Shown here: in pieces, positions 1 through 11,400 of the stretch
Layout: each line of letters opens with the position of its first letter
How positions within the stretch are numbered: position 1 is the stretch's first letter
Assembly: GCA_023645945.1 (NCBI GenBank)
Contig: JALAIB010000092.1
Location: 1 to 33,208, forward strand
DNA length: 33,208 bases
Direction of reading: 5' to 3'
From: Diploschistes diacapsis
Lineage: Eukaryota
Notes under the pieces: generated by a model
Seen by the model: the letters and a program-made list of their open reading frames with translations, nothing else
Database searches by the model: none
What the model was told of the DNA's origin: nothing
Translations under genes and position numbers: made by a program

Positions 1-190
1 GGCGAGGGGGCAAGGAAAGAGTGCTTCGTTTTTGGAGTCGTGAGGTTTCTGAGATTGGCGGAAACGGAGCAGGGCGGGATGGTAACGTGCGGATGAGGTA
101 TGGGTCTCTTTTTGCACGAAAGTATACTACTGTTAAGTGTACATACCCTTGGAAGTTCGAGATGTTGTTGCCATATATGTGCAACGGAAA

Positions 191-1928
191 TCAAACATGC
201 TCCCAATGCCGCGGATTTCGACCCTTCTCGCCCAACCCCGCCTGAAGCGCAGCACGGCCGTCCTCCACGCCAACGCCACCGTGCCCCTCGATGCCAACCC
301 TGCCCTCCTTCTTCCTCTGCTTCGCCACCGCCGTGGCCTTCTTGCCCTCGACCGTAAAGAGCGAGTCGATCTCCTCCAGCGTGAAGTTCGCCGTCTCGGG
401 GTAGCAGAAATACACGAGCGGCACGAAGGCCAGGTTCGTGCACGTGAAGATGAGGTAGGCCTTCCACCGCAGCGTCGAGATGATGACCGGCGTGACCATG
501 ACGATGACGAAGTTCCACAGCCAGTTCGAACTGATGCCGACGGCCATGCCCTTGGCGCGCGCGTGCAGCGGGAGGATCTCGGGCACGTACACCCAGGGGA
601 TGCAGTTGACCGAGGCGCCGAAGCAGAGCATGTACTATTGCCGCCTGTTAGTTCTGCGTGGGCAACGGCATGCTAGAGGGAAGGGGGGGGGGGGCTTTGC
701 TGGGAGTGCTGCGACGTACCAGGAAGAAGAATGCGACGCTGGCGGTTGAGGTCTTTTGTCCTACGGAGGTGCCCTCGAAGCTCAGGAGGACCGAGATCAT
801 CATCATGCAGATCCCCAGCGCAAAGCTTCCTACGATCATCAGGCGCCGGCGCCCGAAGCGGTCGGAGAAGAAAGCGGGGAAGAAGGAGCCGACGACGAAC
901 ATTGTCTGGATGCAGCCACCGAGGATCAACGACAGGTTGCGGGAGAGGCCCACGTTCTCTTGTAGAGCCGTCGGCACGAAGTACTGCAGGGTTCAGCCAT
1001 CATGTTAAGCTAGGAAGGGATCAAAAGGACATACCACGACGAGATTGATGCCGCCAACTTGGTTCATAAACTGCATCCCATAAGCGAGAAGAACCCGCTT
1101 CCCCGTCTGGACTCTGTCCTGCTTGAAGATGTTTCTCCACTTGTACTCGCCAGCTTCGATATTCAACACCTCGAAGATCTCCTCCTGCTCCCTCTGGATG
1201 TTCGGGTCGTCAGGTTCTCGATCATATACATCGCAGAGTATCCGGAGAGCCTCGTCCTTTCGGCCCATCTTGTAGCAGTAACGCGGCGACTCCGGACACC
1301 CGAAGACCATAAAGATAGCGATGAACGCGAAGATCATCTGGCATGCGATGGGCAGCCGCCATGCTATGGGCCCGCCCACGGAGTTCATCCCGTAGTCGAA
1401 GAAGTAAGCAACAACGATCCCTACACCGACGAAGAGAGGCTCCGAACACACGAGCCGGCCGCGCTTGGAGGCTTCGCAGAGCTCGGCCTGGTACATCGGC
1501 ACAGTGCTTGTCTCGATGCCCGTCCCGATGCCAGTAACGTAGCGGCCAATCATCAGGTGTGGTACACCTGTGGCAGAAGCTTGTAGAGTTGCGCCACCCT
1601 GTATCTATCAGTTCGTTCTGCGCCAAGTGGTTACTGTACATACAATGATCCAGCACATAGCGAACCACATCATCTTCCGTCTACCCAATTTGTCAGCGAT
1701 TAGAAACGCGATAATGCACCCGGTGAAGCATCCTAGATTGTATATGGAGACAATTATTCCCAGGAGGCTAGCGTCGGGATTGCCGACCGTCTTCAGGAAA
1801 TCCGTGTTTCCCACGATGCCCGAAAATACCCCTTGATCATAGCCAAACAGGATGAAGGCGATAGTACAAACGGTACTAATGGCGATCTGAAGCGATAGAC
1901 CGCGGCCAAACCAGCTACGGTGACCCAT
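191..1928 (-). CDS. MFS sugar porter, STL1/LatA-like (putative polyol/sugar:H+ symporter), ~518 aa; exons 1928-1644, 1598-1035, 983-720, 634-191
   Basis: Sugar-porter motifs FGYDQG, DKLGRR, PMYQAE, PESPR, QFMNQVGGIN, DRFGRR, PWVYVPEI and PET. Three GT..AG introns (1643-1599, 1034-984, 719-635) join the four ORF-track pieces in frame (1557 nt). Confidence 0.93.
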
Positions 1929-2569
1929 GGTGAGGATTGTCTACGGTAGCAGCGATGTGCGCGTGTGTTACAGAAGACGGCCTATGGAAACGCTATAACA
2001 TAGTCCCCATCTCGAAGTGGGTGCTGAAGCGGACCATCTTCTGGTAGTCAGTCCTTCGGCCCGTGCGTGCGGCTAACATGGATAGGCTCGAAGGGAGAAA
2101 GAGGTTTGACTCTGATATCGTGCTCTACAATTAGCACTCATGGTCGCATCGAGTCTGTCAAGTTTTCTCTCGAGCCTGCTCTGGCTAGAATGCTTTTTAC
2201 TCCTCAGCACCATAGCATGGAGGTGCTTTTTGGGCTGTTAGAACCTTGAGAAGTTGTGCGGTATCGTGAGCATCGCAAAGCTCAATGTAGGGGACCCGCG
2301 AAACCCCCTCCAGTAACATTGCGGGGTTGGTGAGGGGGAGAGATGGCTCAGTTTGTAAACCTGGGAAGGATGTCAGTAAGGAAAGGGTGACGACACAAGC
2401 CAAGAAGGGGACGGCGCCAAAGCAATGAACAACTTCTCACGCCAATGAACCTAATTGCAGGTGCTACTGTAGAGTTGCCCATTTACTGGAGTGAACATTG
2501 GTAAGTATATGGTTTAGATATCTTGGGCAAGGCCTTGGAGTTCTTTGATCAACACTTTTGCCCACAAGG
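1929..2569. promoter_or_regulatory. Shared divergent promoter region of the transporter and dehydrogenase, with XlnR-like (GGCTAR) and CreA-like (SYGGRG) hexamers
   Basis: Head-to-head ATGs 641 bp apart. GGCTAA at 2071 and GGCTAG at 2183; GCGGGG at 2321, CTGGAG at 2486 and its reverse complement at 2308. Hexamers this short occur by chance. Confidence 0.4.
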
Positions 2570-3822
2570 ATGTCTTCAGCCATCGCATCTTCCGCGAATG
2601 AACTCCATAGCTCGACAAGTGCAGAGGACGCTTCAAGCACACAGTCCAAGCTAAGAAGCTACAGGAACCCTTCGCTGCAAGTTGGCAAAGAACGCCAAAT
2701 TAGGCTAGTGGAAGCACCGATAGAAGAACCAAAAGAGGGTGAAGCGCTCGTGCATATTAAGACAACCGGCATTTGCGGCTCCGATGTTCACCTATGGAAA
2801 TCTGGCGGCATCGGGCCGCTCAGAGTAGAGAGCGACTATATTCTTGGTCATGAAGCTGCTGGCATCGTTCTCAAGCTTGGCGAAGGCATCACGAACGTGA
2901 AAGTCGGTGACCGGGTAGCCATAGAGCCCAATATCGTCTGCGGTAACTGCTTTCTATGCAGAGATGGCCGGTACAACCTTTGCCAGGATGTGCAATTCTC
3001 GGGAGTGTATCCCGCGAATGGGACACTCCAGCGATTTAAAGTTCACCCCGCCAAATGGTTGCACAAGATCCCGGACATTCTTAGCTATCGCCAAGGAGCC
3101 CTTCTCGAGCCTCTGAGCGTGGTGATGCACGGTATCAATTGCTGCCGTCTATCCCTCGGGCGAGGTGTATCAATTCACGGCGCCGGTCCTATTGGACTTT
3201 CTGCGCTGGCTTGTGCCAGGGCTAGCGGAGCCCATCCAATTGTCATTACGGATCTCGAACCTGCAAGACTCGATTTCGCGAAAAGGCTTGTTCCATCTTG
3301 CACAACATATCAGGTGGACAAGTCGTTGAACGCCGAGGAGAATGCCAACAAGATTAGAGCGATTTTTGGGGCAGGGCCAGTTTCTGAGACGAAAGCTGCC
3401 GAGAATGAATACTCCGCCCCTGAAAGAACACTGGAGTGTACCGGAGTCGAGAGTAGCGTAGCCACAGCGGCATATACTTGCCGCAGAGGAGGAACCGTGA
3501 TGGTAATCGGCGTCGGCAAGTCAATGATGGACAACGTGCCCTTCATGCATCTGAGTTTGGCCGAGGTAAGCACGTGATATCGACGTAAACTATGGTACGG
3601 GCCACTGACTGGTCCAAGAAAGAGTTGAAGTTCATCAATCGCTACCGCGATACCTGGCCCGCAGGCATATCAGCTGTGGTGGGCGGCGTCGTCAATCTGG
3701 ATGCTCTCGTTACTCACACTTTCCCCCTTGAACAAGCTGTCGAGGCATTGACGCTAGCCAGCGATCCTTCTAAGGGAAGCATCAAGGTTCACGTGGTTGA
3801 CAACGTAGACATCCATCTTTAA
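2570..3822 (+). CDS. Zn-dependent polyol dehydrogenase of the L-arabinitol 4-dehydrogenase family (LadB/LadC-like), ~399 aa; exons 2570-3565, 3619-3822
   Basis: GICGSDVH, GHE, structural Zn motif CGNCFLC-x7-C, GAGPIG Rossmann motif with an acidic residue in ITDLE (NAD-type), and C-terminal PFMHLSLAE|KELKFINRYRDTWP. Intron 3566-3618: GTAAGC, CTGAC branch, AAG acceptor. Confidence 0.88.
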
Positions 3823-4634
3823 TGTATGTCCACGCAGACAAAGCCCGAAACCCAACGTTTTCCTGGATGTCAGACAGCGAGGTTTGGGGGGGGGAAATCC
3901 TTCAATACTGCATTTTTCCTAGCTTGAATAGTTGCAAGGTCAGCCACTAAGAGCTTGCAAAAGGCTATCGCTTGGGTAATTGGAAATACCTTGCTTGCTG
4001 ATATCTTGCCTCAGGGCTTGTGAAACCCCTCAGTAGGGTGATGGAGTCGAAATGGCCAATAGCGTTTCATGTTGAATCCAGACTTGGAGATTCAGTCCTG
4101 GAGTTCGAATTCTATGGGCCCCTATTCATAAGATCAGAAGAGCAGCTAAAGATAAGCGCCTTAAATTAGAATTTATGATGAAGCGCGCGACTTGTCTTTT
4201 AAGGCTCATGAAGAGAATTATTCCAACGTTCAAGGGTCTATGATTGAGAGATAGGTATATGAGTGACATGCTCCATGGCTGGACCGGGTAGTATGCCTTG
4301 ATGAATTATTCGGCTTCAGCTACTTTCGACACCTTTTGCCTCTATGATCCCTTTTTTCTTCGCAACGGAATAGGCTTCGACTTCGAAATGCCACTGCTCT
4401 CCTAACAGAAACTCCCGTACCCATATCTCCTCTACCAGTTGTTATGACAGTTCATGAACCAGGGTCATAATTGGGCTCCAGCTTGGCGACCACGTGACCC
4501 TATTTTGGCGGAGCTTATTTCCACCGACTCTTGCTTTGGCCAAAATTTTCAACCCGCCTTCTCGCTTTGAAACTTTGATTCACGAAGTTTAGCCTCCTCC
4601 CATAGTTCATTCGTTGGAGAGTTTTAAATCCTGA

Positions 4635-5965
4635 ATGATGGCATCACGAATCGCTTCAAGAGCGAAAGCAGACACTTTCCTCAACGATTTAACCGATTTC
4701 CTAGATGACCCTTTGACCGACCCTGATGATGTCCAACGACTGAGAGATTACATCTTGGCTCGACCAGCTCGTGAAAAGATCATTCAGGATTACGTGACAG
4801 ATATCGAAATCCGTCTAGATATTGCAAAGGATATCGAGAGGGGATGTAAGAATTCTAGAATTCCCGAAGAACATTTGACCGTCGCACTCTGGAGCTTCTT
4901 GCTGATTGCACCTCTGGATGCAATTAAAAGCTTGCGCGATGAACTTTTGACGCCAGTTCAACAAAGCGGCTTCAAAGACTTAACGGCAGGGATATATTGG
5001 ATTGCGAATACTATACCAGGCGTACTCAAACTCTGTAAGTCAAATGAGCAAGTTTAACTAAATAATTAATTACTAATATACATGTTTTAGTCCTCGCGAA
5101 ACCGCTATCCAAAGAAGACAACCGAGTATTCAAAGGACTGAAAAGGAAACGAGGAAAGGAAAGCGTCGGATCGAATATCAACCGTAATGACAGAGCTCGA
5201 GAAATTGCAAGACAACGTGATTCTGTTTGCGTCGTCACGGGAGCCCCGGCTCCTGAAATTTGTCACATCTTCCCCTTTTCAGCAAAGCATTGTTTGAAAG
5301 ATACTGACATCATTCTTCATTCTCTGAAAACGATGTATGAAGCCGCTACATTGAAGAAATATAAGGACCTCTTGGCTACGAAGGATAAGGAAATCATTGA
5401 TACGCCTCAGAATATGATTTGCCTAGCACCTCTCCTCCACACGTGGTGGAGCCAGGGCAAAATCGGGTTCGAGCCGGTAGAGCGACTTGAAAATGGAATC
5501 CGACTTAGGTTCTGGTGGTTGAACCCAACAGGAAAACAACCAGATCAAGAGAAGGCTATTCTGCATACAGACCCTCGGCCTCTTTTTCGTCAATTTGCAT
5601 TACCACGATCTCAGTATGTTTCCAATTTCAATACCGGAAGGTTAGTGCACACGGGAACCATTATCACCATAACAGCAGACGAAAAAGAGAATATCCCAAA
5701 CTGGGATATCTTTTCTTTACAATGGGATCTTATTCGAATGTGCGCCCTTAGCGGAGCAGCAGGCTGGCCTACGATAATCGAGGATGACAGCGACGAGGAC
5801 AACGATGAGGAGGATCGATTCCCTATTGACTTGGTTCTCCGGCCCAAGCAAGTTCGAGCAAACTCTCCAACTAAGGAAACGAAACAGATGAAACAGACGA
5901 AACGGACTACTTTGGAAAGAAGCGATCAGAGACTTGAGAACATACCTCGCTTCGGATTGTCCTGA
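4635..5965 (+). CDS. HNH endonuclease-domain protein (fungal HNH_2 type), ~424 aa; exons 4635-5034, 5091-5965
   Basis: Intron 5035-5090 (GTAAGT..ACTAAT..TTTTAG) joins two ORFs. The spliced protein reads RQRDSVCVVTGAPAPEICHIFPFS...DTPQNMICLAPLLHTWW...PNWDIFSLQW, the RD-x2-C-x2-TG / H / N / H pattern of HNH_2 domains. It has an NLS-like KRKRGK and an acidic tail. Confidence 0.82.
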
Positions 5966-5986
5966 TAGCTTAGTTACTACTCTACC

Positions 5987-6082
5987 CGCGACACCTCTGA
6001 TACCGTCTAGATAAGCTGTCGGGCTCGGCTTGCTTTCTGATTTAGGTACTTCAATGAGATAGCGGTGGAGGAAGCTTGGCAA
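5987..6082 (-). pseudogene. N-terminal fragment of a fungal acyltransferase-3 (OafA-like) gene
   Basis: Translation LPSFLHRYLIEVPKSESKPSPTAYLDGIRGVA matches the recalled N-terminal signature LPSFL...PTAYLDGLRGVA. Similarity stops abruptly and no downstream TM segments follow. Confidence 0.6.
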
Positions 6083-6099
6083 GTAGCCAAACGAACGAC

Positions 6100-7800
6100 T
6101 TGCAGATGCGGCTTGGCAAGCACACTATATGTGGATACTCAGAGTAGAGACGTACGGCTAGCCCACTATATGACTCAGAAATTCTTTCTATTAAGGCGTG
6201 ACATGCTGTTCCCTAGTGCGAATTGGGAGCTTGCCCACCTGCATTAGATTTCTCTCCTACACAAGATTCGGACGCAAAGTCTGTGACACCAAGGAAGTAA
6301 TGGCAAAACTTCAGACTCATAACCCTTTTCTTGAATATGCCGCAAGAAACATGGGGCATCATGCTATATCGGTCCAGCAAGATCTATCTGACGAGATCGC
6401 AGCTCTTTCTCGAAAGAAGAAATCGTCTTACGATAAATCAAAATTATATCGGCCAAAGTCACTCTTGATAACGGGTCCTTCCTACCGCGCTCACCTGTCT
6501 TGGTAGCTGTTGAATATAACTTGAAAGACGTCGTACGTCTTCTCGCGGCTAAGGGGTGCGATATTAACGCTGCTGATTATCATTCAATAACTGCTGTTAA
6601 TTCTGCTACATTCAATCGTCGCATTGAAGTCGTGAAGGTCTTGATTGAAAGCAAGGCCGATCTTTGGCTTCGCGACGGTATAGGAAATACACCTTTGATC
6701 GCTGCCCCGTACATGACTCGCCCGAAATAGTTCGGATCGTCCTTGATGAAGCGTTCGCAACGTTGGATCTCACTAATGTACTTGGAAAGACAGCCCTACC
6801 CGATGCGGTGGAGAGAGGCTATGAGGAAGTCGCAAGAATACTCCTCCACTATGGGGCAGATGTGAGCAAGAAAGATAGACAAGGGCGCACTCCACTGTCA
6901 TATGCGTTAACACATGGCCATACCCGATGATGGGGATTCTCATCAAAGGAGGCACCAACGCTAGCGTACTTGGAAAAACAGCTCTGCACCACGCGGCCGA
7001 GAAAGGCCACGTCGCAGTTGTGAGAAGACTTCTTCGAGATGGAGCAGACAAAAGCGGAAATGATGAGAAGGGACGCACCCCACTATCCCACGCGGCAGAA
7101 AATGGACATGCTTTCGTAATAGAGATTCTCCTCGATGCAGGGGCTGACCCAGGGCTTGACGAAGGCGCTAAGCCGGTATTACTACACGCTTCGGGAGCGC
7201 GTGACCCAGGTTGCTTCCGTGCTCTTCTGAAACATCCTAGTGTGGACTATTGTGTAACTTCAAGAGACGCCAACATATCCGGTCTTCACATAGCCGTGTC
7301 TAAAAATCATTATGACACAACAATTACTCCTCGATCATGACAAAGGTAAGAATCTTCTGCTCGATCAACGATCAGCGTAATAGCTTTGGCAAGACACCTC
7401 TTCACGATTTATGCGGGGAGGGGCCATCTTAGTGTAGTGAAACTATTGGTGTCAAGAGGAGCGGACGTGACAGCAATCGACGGGGACGGGAAGACTGTGC
7501 TTCACTTGGCTGCCCGTCATAGCCACCATACAGGAAGCAGTGAGCTATTGAAGCATCCCAAGTTAAACGCTCTCATCGACTACTAAATCGCACGACCTCG
7601 AGAATACAAAGGTAGCGGAGAATGGCCCCTTGGCACAGCAGTTTCCGTTGCAAGTCGCCACAGCCATTGGAACGCAGCAATTGTGTTCCTTCTCCGAGGT
7701 GCTAATCCTCATATGCCTGATACTGATGGCGAGGCTTCGGCGAAGGAGCTTCTTAGACTCGGTGAGTATATAGAGTCGAGGCGAGATCAGCCTGGTGGCT
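6100..7800 (+). pseudogene. Frameshifted ankyrin-repeat gene; probable 3' remnant of a NACHT-WH-ANK NLR-like gene
   Basis: Consecutive ORF pieces in shifting frames (6065, 6198, 6500, 6664, 6927, 7386) carry post-NACHT winged-helix-region motifs (YVDTQSRDVRLAHYMTQKFF, TCIRFLSY, NPFLEYAARNMGHHA). About 10 ankyrin repeats follow (GNTPLIAA, GRTPLSYA, GKTALHHAAEKGH, GRTPLSHAAENGH, GKTVLHLAA). No P-loop/NACHT is present. Boundaries are approximate. Confidence 0.82.
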
Positions 7801-8200
7801 CAAATGCTGGCATGGAGCGGATCAAGAGTCTGCTGCGAGATGGAAAAAGATGATGAACTTCTTTTCTTGGTAATACGTTTCTCCATTTACGATTTCATAT
7901 GCAAGGTATTTTGCGTAAGAGTGGTGGTACATGCTTCCAAAGTACCCGGGCCCGGCAGACAATCTTATTGATAACTGACACTTCAAAAAACCAACTTCAC
8001 ACCGAGACGACAACTTCAAGAAAGAATCAGAACATCTAAGATATTCATGTCAAAAGTCTAGGCTCTTCGCTACTCTTTCACCTATATGACCTAGGTGAAC
8101 ATTGGTGTGACTTCCTATACGGTGGTGACGGCTCTTTCAATGAGGCCTCGGCATATCATAGCATTTTTAAACAAAGCTTAGGAGTCCTAAGTTGCTCTAA

Positions 8201-8234
8201 ACGGATCTGAACGGTTCTAAACGGTTCTATCGGT
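8201..8234 (+). repeat. Short 10-bp tandem repeat (ACGGWTCTRW x3) upstream of the 8463 gene
   Basis: acggatctga acggttctaa acggttctat cggt. Confidence 0.6.
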
Positions 8235-8462
8235 ATTCATTGAACTCGGGCACTGAAGGTGCGGGGTGGGAGCATGAGTGTGACTAATCATGAAGATCGG
8301 AGCTCTGCTGGGCTAATAGGCGCTTTGTTGCTTAATGGGAACTCGACTTCGATTCTACAACATCCTTATTTAGATGTATGGTGTCTGTCAGACCGATCAT
8401 AAGTCGAGTAGTTTTCACCCATCTAACGCTATTCCGTGAACACAGTCGTTTATACAAATAAC

Positions 8463-11400
8463 ATGCCGAAAAGGAATACACCCGGGACTTGGTACTGCTG
8501 CAATTGTGGTGATGGACCAAAAAGCATAAGGCTCCAGCCTGTCTGTGTTGATTGTAATCATCCTTTCAATAAGTGTTGCGGCCCTTTAAAAGCCCCCTGG
8601 GATCCATCTCTTGATTCCACTGAGCCCTCAATTACGAAATCACGGGAGGAGGAGAATTTTTCTAGGTTTGAAGATGCCCAGAGAGGCCCAAAGCACCGGT
8701 TGCCTGTTTACAGCTAATAGTATTCCAGCTTCCTCTCCGACTGCCTTCCTCGGTCGACGAGCAGTGAAAAGTCACAAGCACTGTACAACCCGCTCGATCT
8801 ACCTCCCAGAACTGCGAATCTGATTTATACTCTTTTCATCCCCTGTCTTGTCGAATCATGTAGGTACAAGTTAGCATCATACCCTGCATCCGAGACTTCA
8901 TGGCAGCATGCCTTGACCCTGTTGTCGTCGAGGATTGAGAGATATGCAAACTGTGTGGCAGATCGCTTGGCGTGGAAGATTAAGAGAGATCCAACCCTTA
9001 TTACAGAGCGCATATCAAGGAGTGTTGCACCTGAATTCGAAAGCAATGCCGCTCGAGTCATTCAAGAGTATCGCACCGAAATTGCACATGCGCTCTTCCA
9101 AAGCAAGTTTCCTGTTCTCTTCTCAGAAGAACAAATCAGACAAGCGAAAGTCCCAAAGAAGGGTTCTAGAGAACCCCAACCCTATCCGCCTGTTGTACTG
9201 TCCTTCGAAACTCTGGAGTGTGACGACGGACTATTCCCTGCATCTTTGATCTCATGCGAAGAATACAAGTTCTTAGAATCCAGTTACGAGAGTATCTTGC
9301 GGCACTACTGTGGAACCGAAATGCATCAACCTGAATTCTTTATTGATGAGGGAGATACGGAAAAGGATATCTATGCACATTTCAAAGTACACTGCGACAT
9401 ACGCGAGTTTCTCACAAGCTACGGCATGGAAGTTCCAGATCTAAGAGAAGTCTTAGCTATAACTGGGAATGTGTCTGAAGCCCAAATGACTACTGTTGGT
9501 TTATATATGAAGCAAACATGGCCTTTGCACTCCGAGGTACTAACAAACATGCTTCAGTCTATGTTGTCCGAAGACGCTGCTGAAAAAGAGAGTAAGATCT
9601 AGATTGGAAACACTATGCTGTGCCACTCGCTAACGTGCTTTGAGTGACTAAACGAGGGAAAACTGGGTTTGAGATTCTTTCAATTAAATTATTAGATGAC
9701 ACGATACTGGTAGACGTGTCAGGCAAACCTGAATATGTTCGTGTTATCGGCCAGCAGATAGCTTGGCTTAGTGCAGCGTGCAGGTTTTCTGATTCTGGCC
9801 CATGTTACGCGGATACCATCTGGGAATGCATTAAGAAAGGACCTCGTCTATATATATATAAGATCAGAACTCAACTTGCCAATATAGAGGAGGATGAAGA
9901 ACATCTTTGTTGGCTTTCTTTGGTTGGTGATTCAGTCATTATATCCGGATTTCCTATCGCGAGACGTGAATCAGACAATAAAGGTCTCCAAATTCCTATA
10001 GAAATCATGGCTGGACTAGGTGGTGTTTCTTTTGCGATGGATGCTGGCTTGGGCTTCCTACTCAAAGGCCATACCTCGGTTTTTGTTCCAGTAGGAAGAA
10101 GCAACGGAAATGTGCAGTGGCATCTAATTAACGATGTTGAGGATGGCTATAGCTATGCAAGGCTTGCACCGAAGGGAATAAACCTTGATGAAAAGGCACT
10201 GTACACGACTACGAGCTTCCTAGGGTGGACAAGGAAAATCTTGAATAAGGCAGGTAAGTGATCAGCTAGTGCTTGGCGCTTATGATTCCTGTGACCTATC
10301 CCTAATCTGCTCGTATGCTATAGGGACCGACGAAGCCAAGCACACTGACATCGAATGGTCTTCCTCAAACGAAATCCCGTCAACTTCGTTCACTCCTACA
10401 AACGTGACTGTGAGCTTTAGCCAGTATCTTGGCCTGAGTATGAGCTTTGCAATAAACCGACGAAATATTTCATTGGCAGTCAACAAATATCCAGAATACC
10501 ACGATATCTTGCATGAATTGAGCGATAGACTCGTGGTCCTGTACGATACAGCGGATCACAGAGGCTGGCTTATAGATGCGGAACGGGCAGTTCTCCAGAT
10601 TCTCCTGCATAGTAGCAAGGTAAGGCCTGGCTATTGGAAATCGGACGTCAGATTCGAAGTTGCAAGGTCTGATCAGGCCAAATCGGTGCACGCGGCAATG
10701 TGCCGAAACGGAAAATTGATCATGCGAGAGGGTTTAGACGCTGAGACAGGCAAATTTAGAGAGGTCCCATTCTCCAGAACGGTCAAGGAGCTCTGGGAGA
10801 AGCTCAGAAATTTAGCGGATATTGCGAAGGAACATTATCAAAAGTCTTTGCATTCGTCAGATTTGGGCTTTGGTAAAAGAGCTATCTACGGTTTTGAGTA
10901 CATGGGCCTCGTACATTCTACTGGGCAGGCTGAGAAGCATCCGATGAAAGCACGATTGATGTCACACTGCGGACAGTGGCCAGACCTAACGGACAGCCTG
11001 GGTGCTGCAGTTCTGCTGGGTCGAAACTTTGGCGAATTGATGTCCCCAGGCCCAAATGCTGCAATATGTCCTAGGTTCCAAACGCTACCTTCTAGCATGA
11101 GTTATTTAGCCGCCGACGCTAAGATCATCAAAAGGTTACTCGACCGCCATAGCAGCCCACAGACCCCGTGGCGTCTGACAGCAACGAATATGGTGTGGAT
11201 GGTGATCCAAGATCCATTCAAAAACTGCAAAAATCATCCCTCAAGCTGTTGCTCCTGCAATGTAGTCCAGAGAGTGAAAAAAGCGAACAATTGTACCAAT
11301 CTGATCAAAAGGGACTCATTATCTCAGTGGGAAGAAGGCGCTGTTATCTTTGGTCGGACAGACTATCTATCCCAATTGGTGAAGAAAAACAAGGCCCGTC

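Noticed and set aside
137..1836. Long + strand ORFs overlapping the transporter (likewise those antisense to the SDR, DAO oxidoreductase and PPN1)
   Set aside because: Antisense shadows caused by high GC at third codon positions.
4035..4125. tRNA-like GGAGTTCGAATTC (B-box/T-loop) with an upstream hairpin
   Set aside because: The T-stem does not pair in register, and no acceptor, D or anticodon arms can be built.
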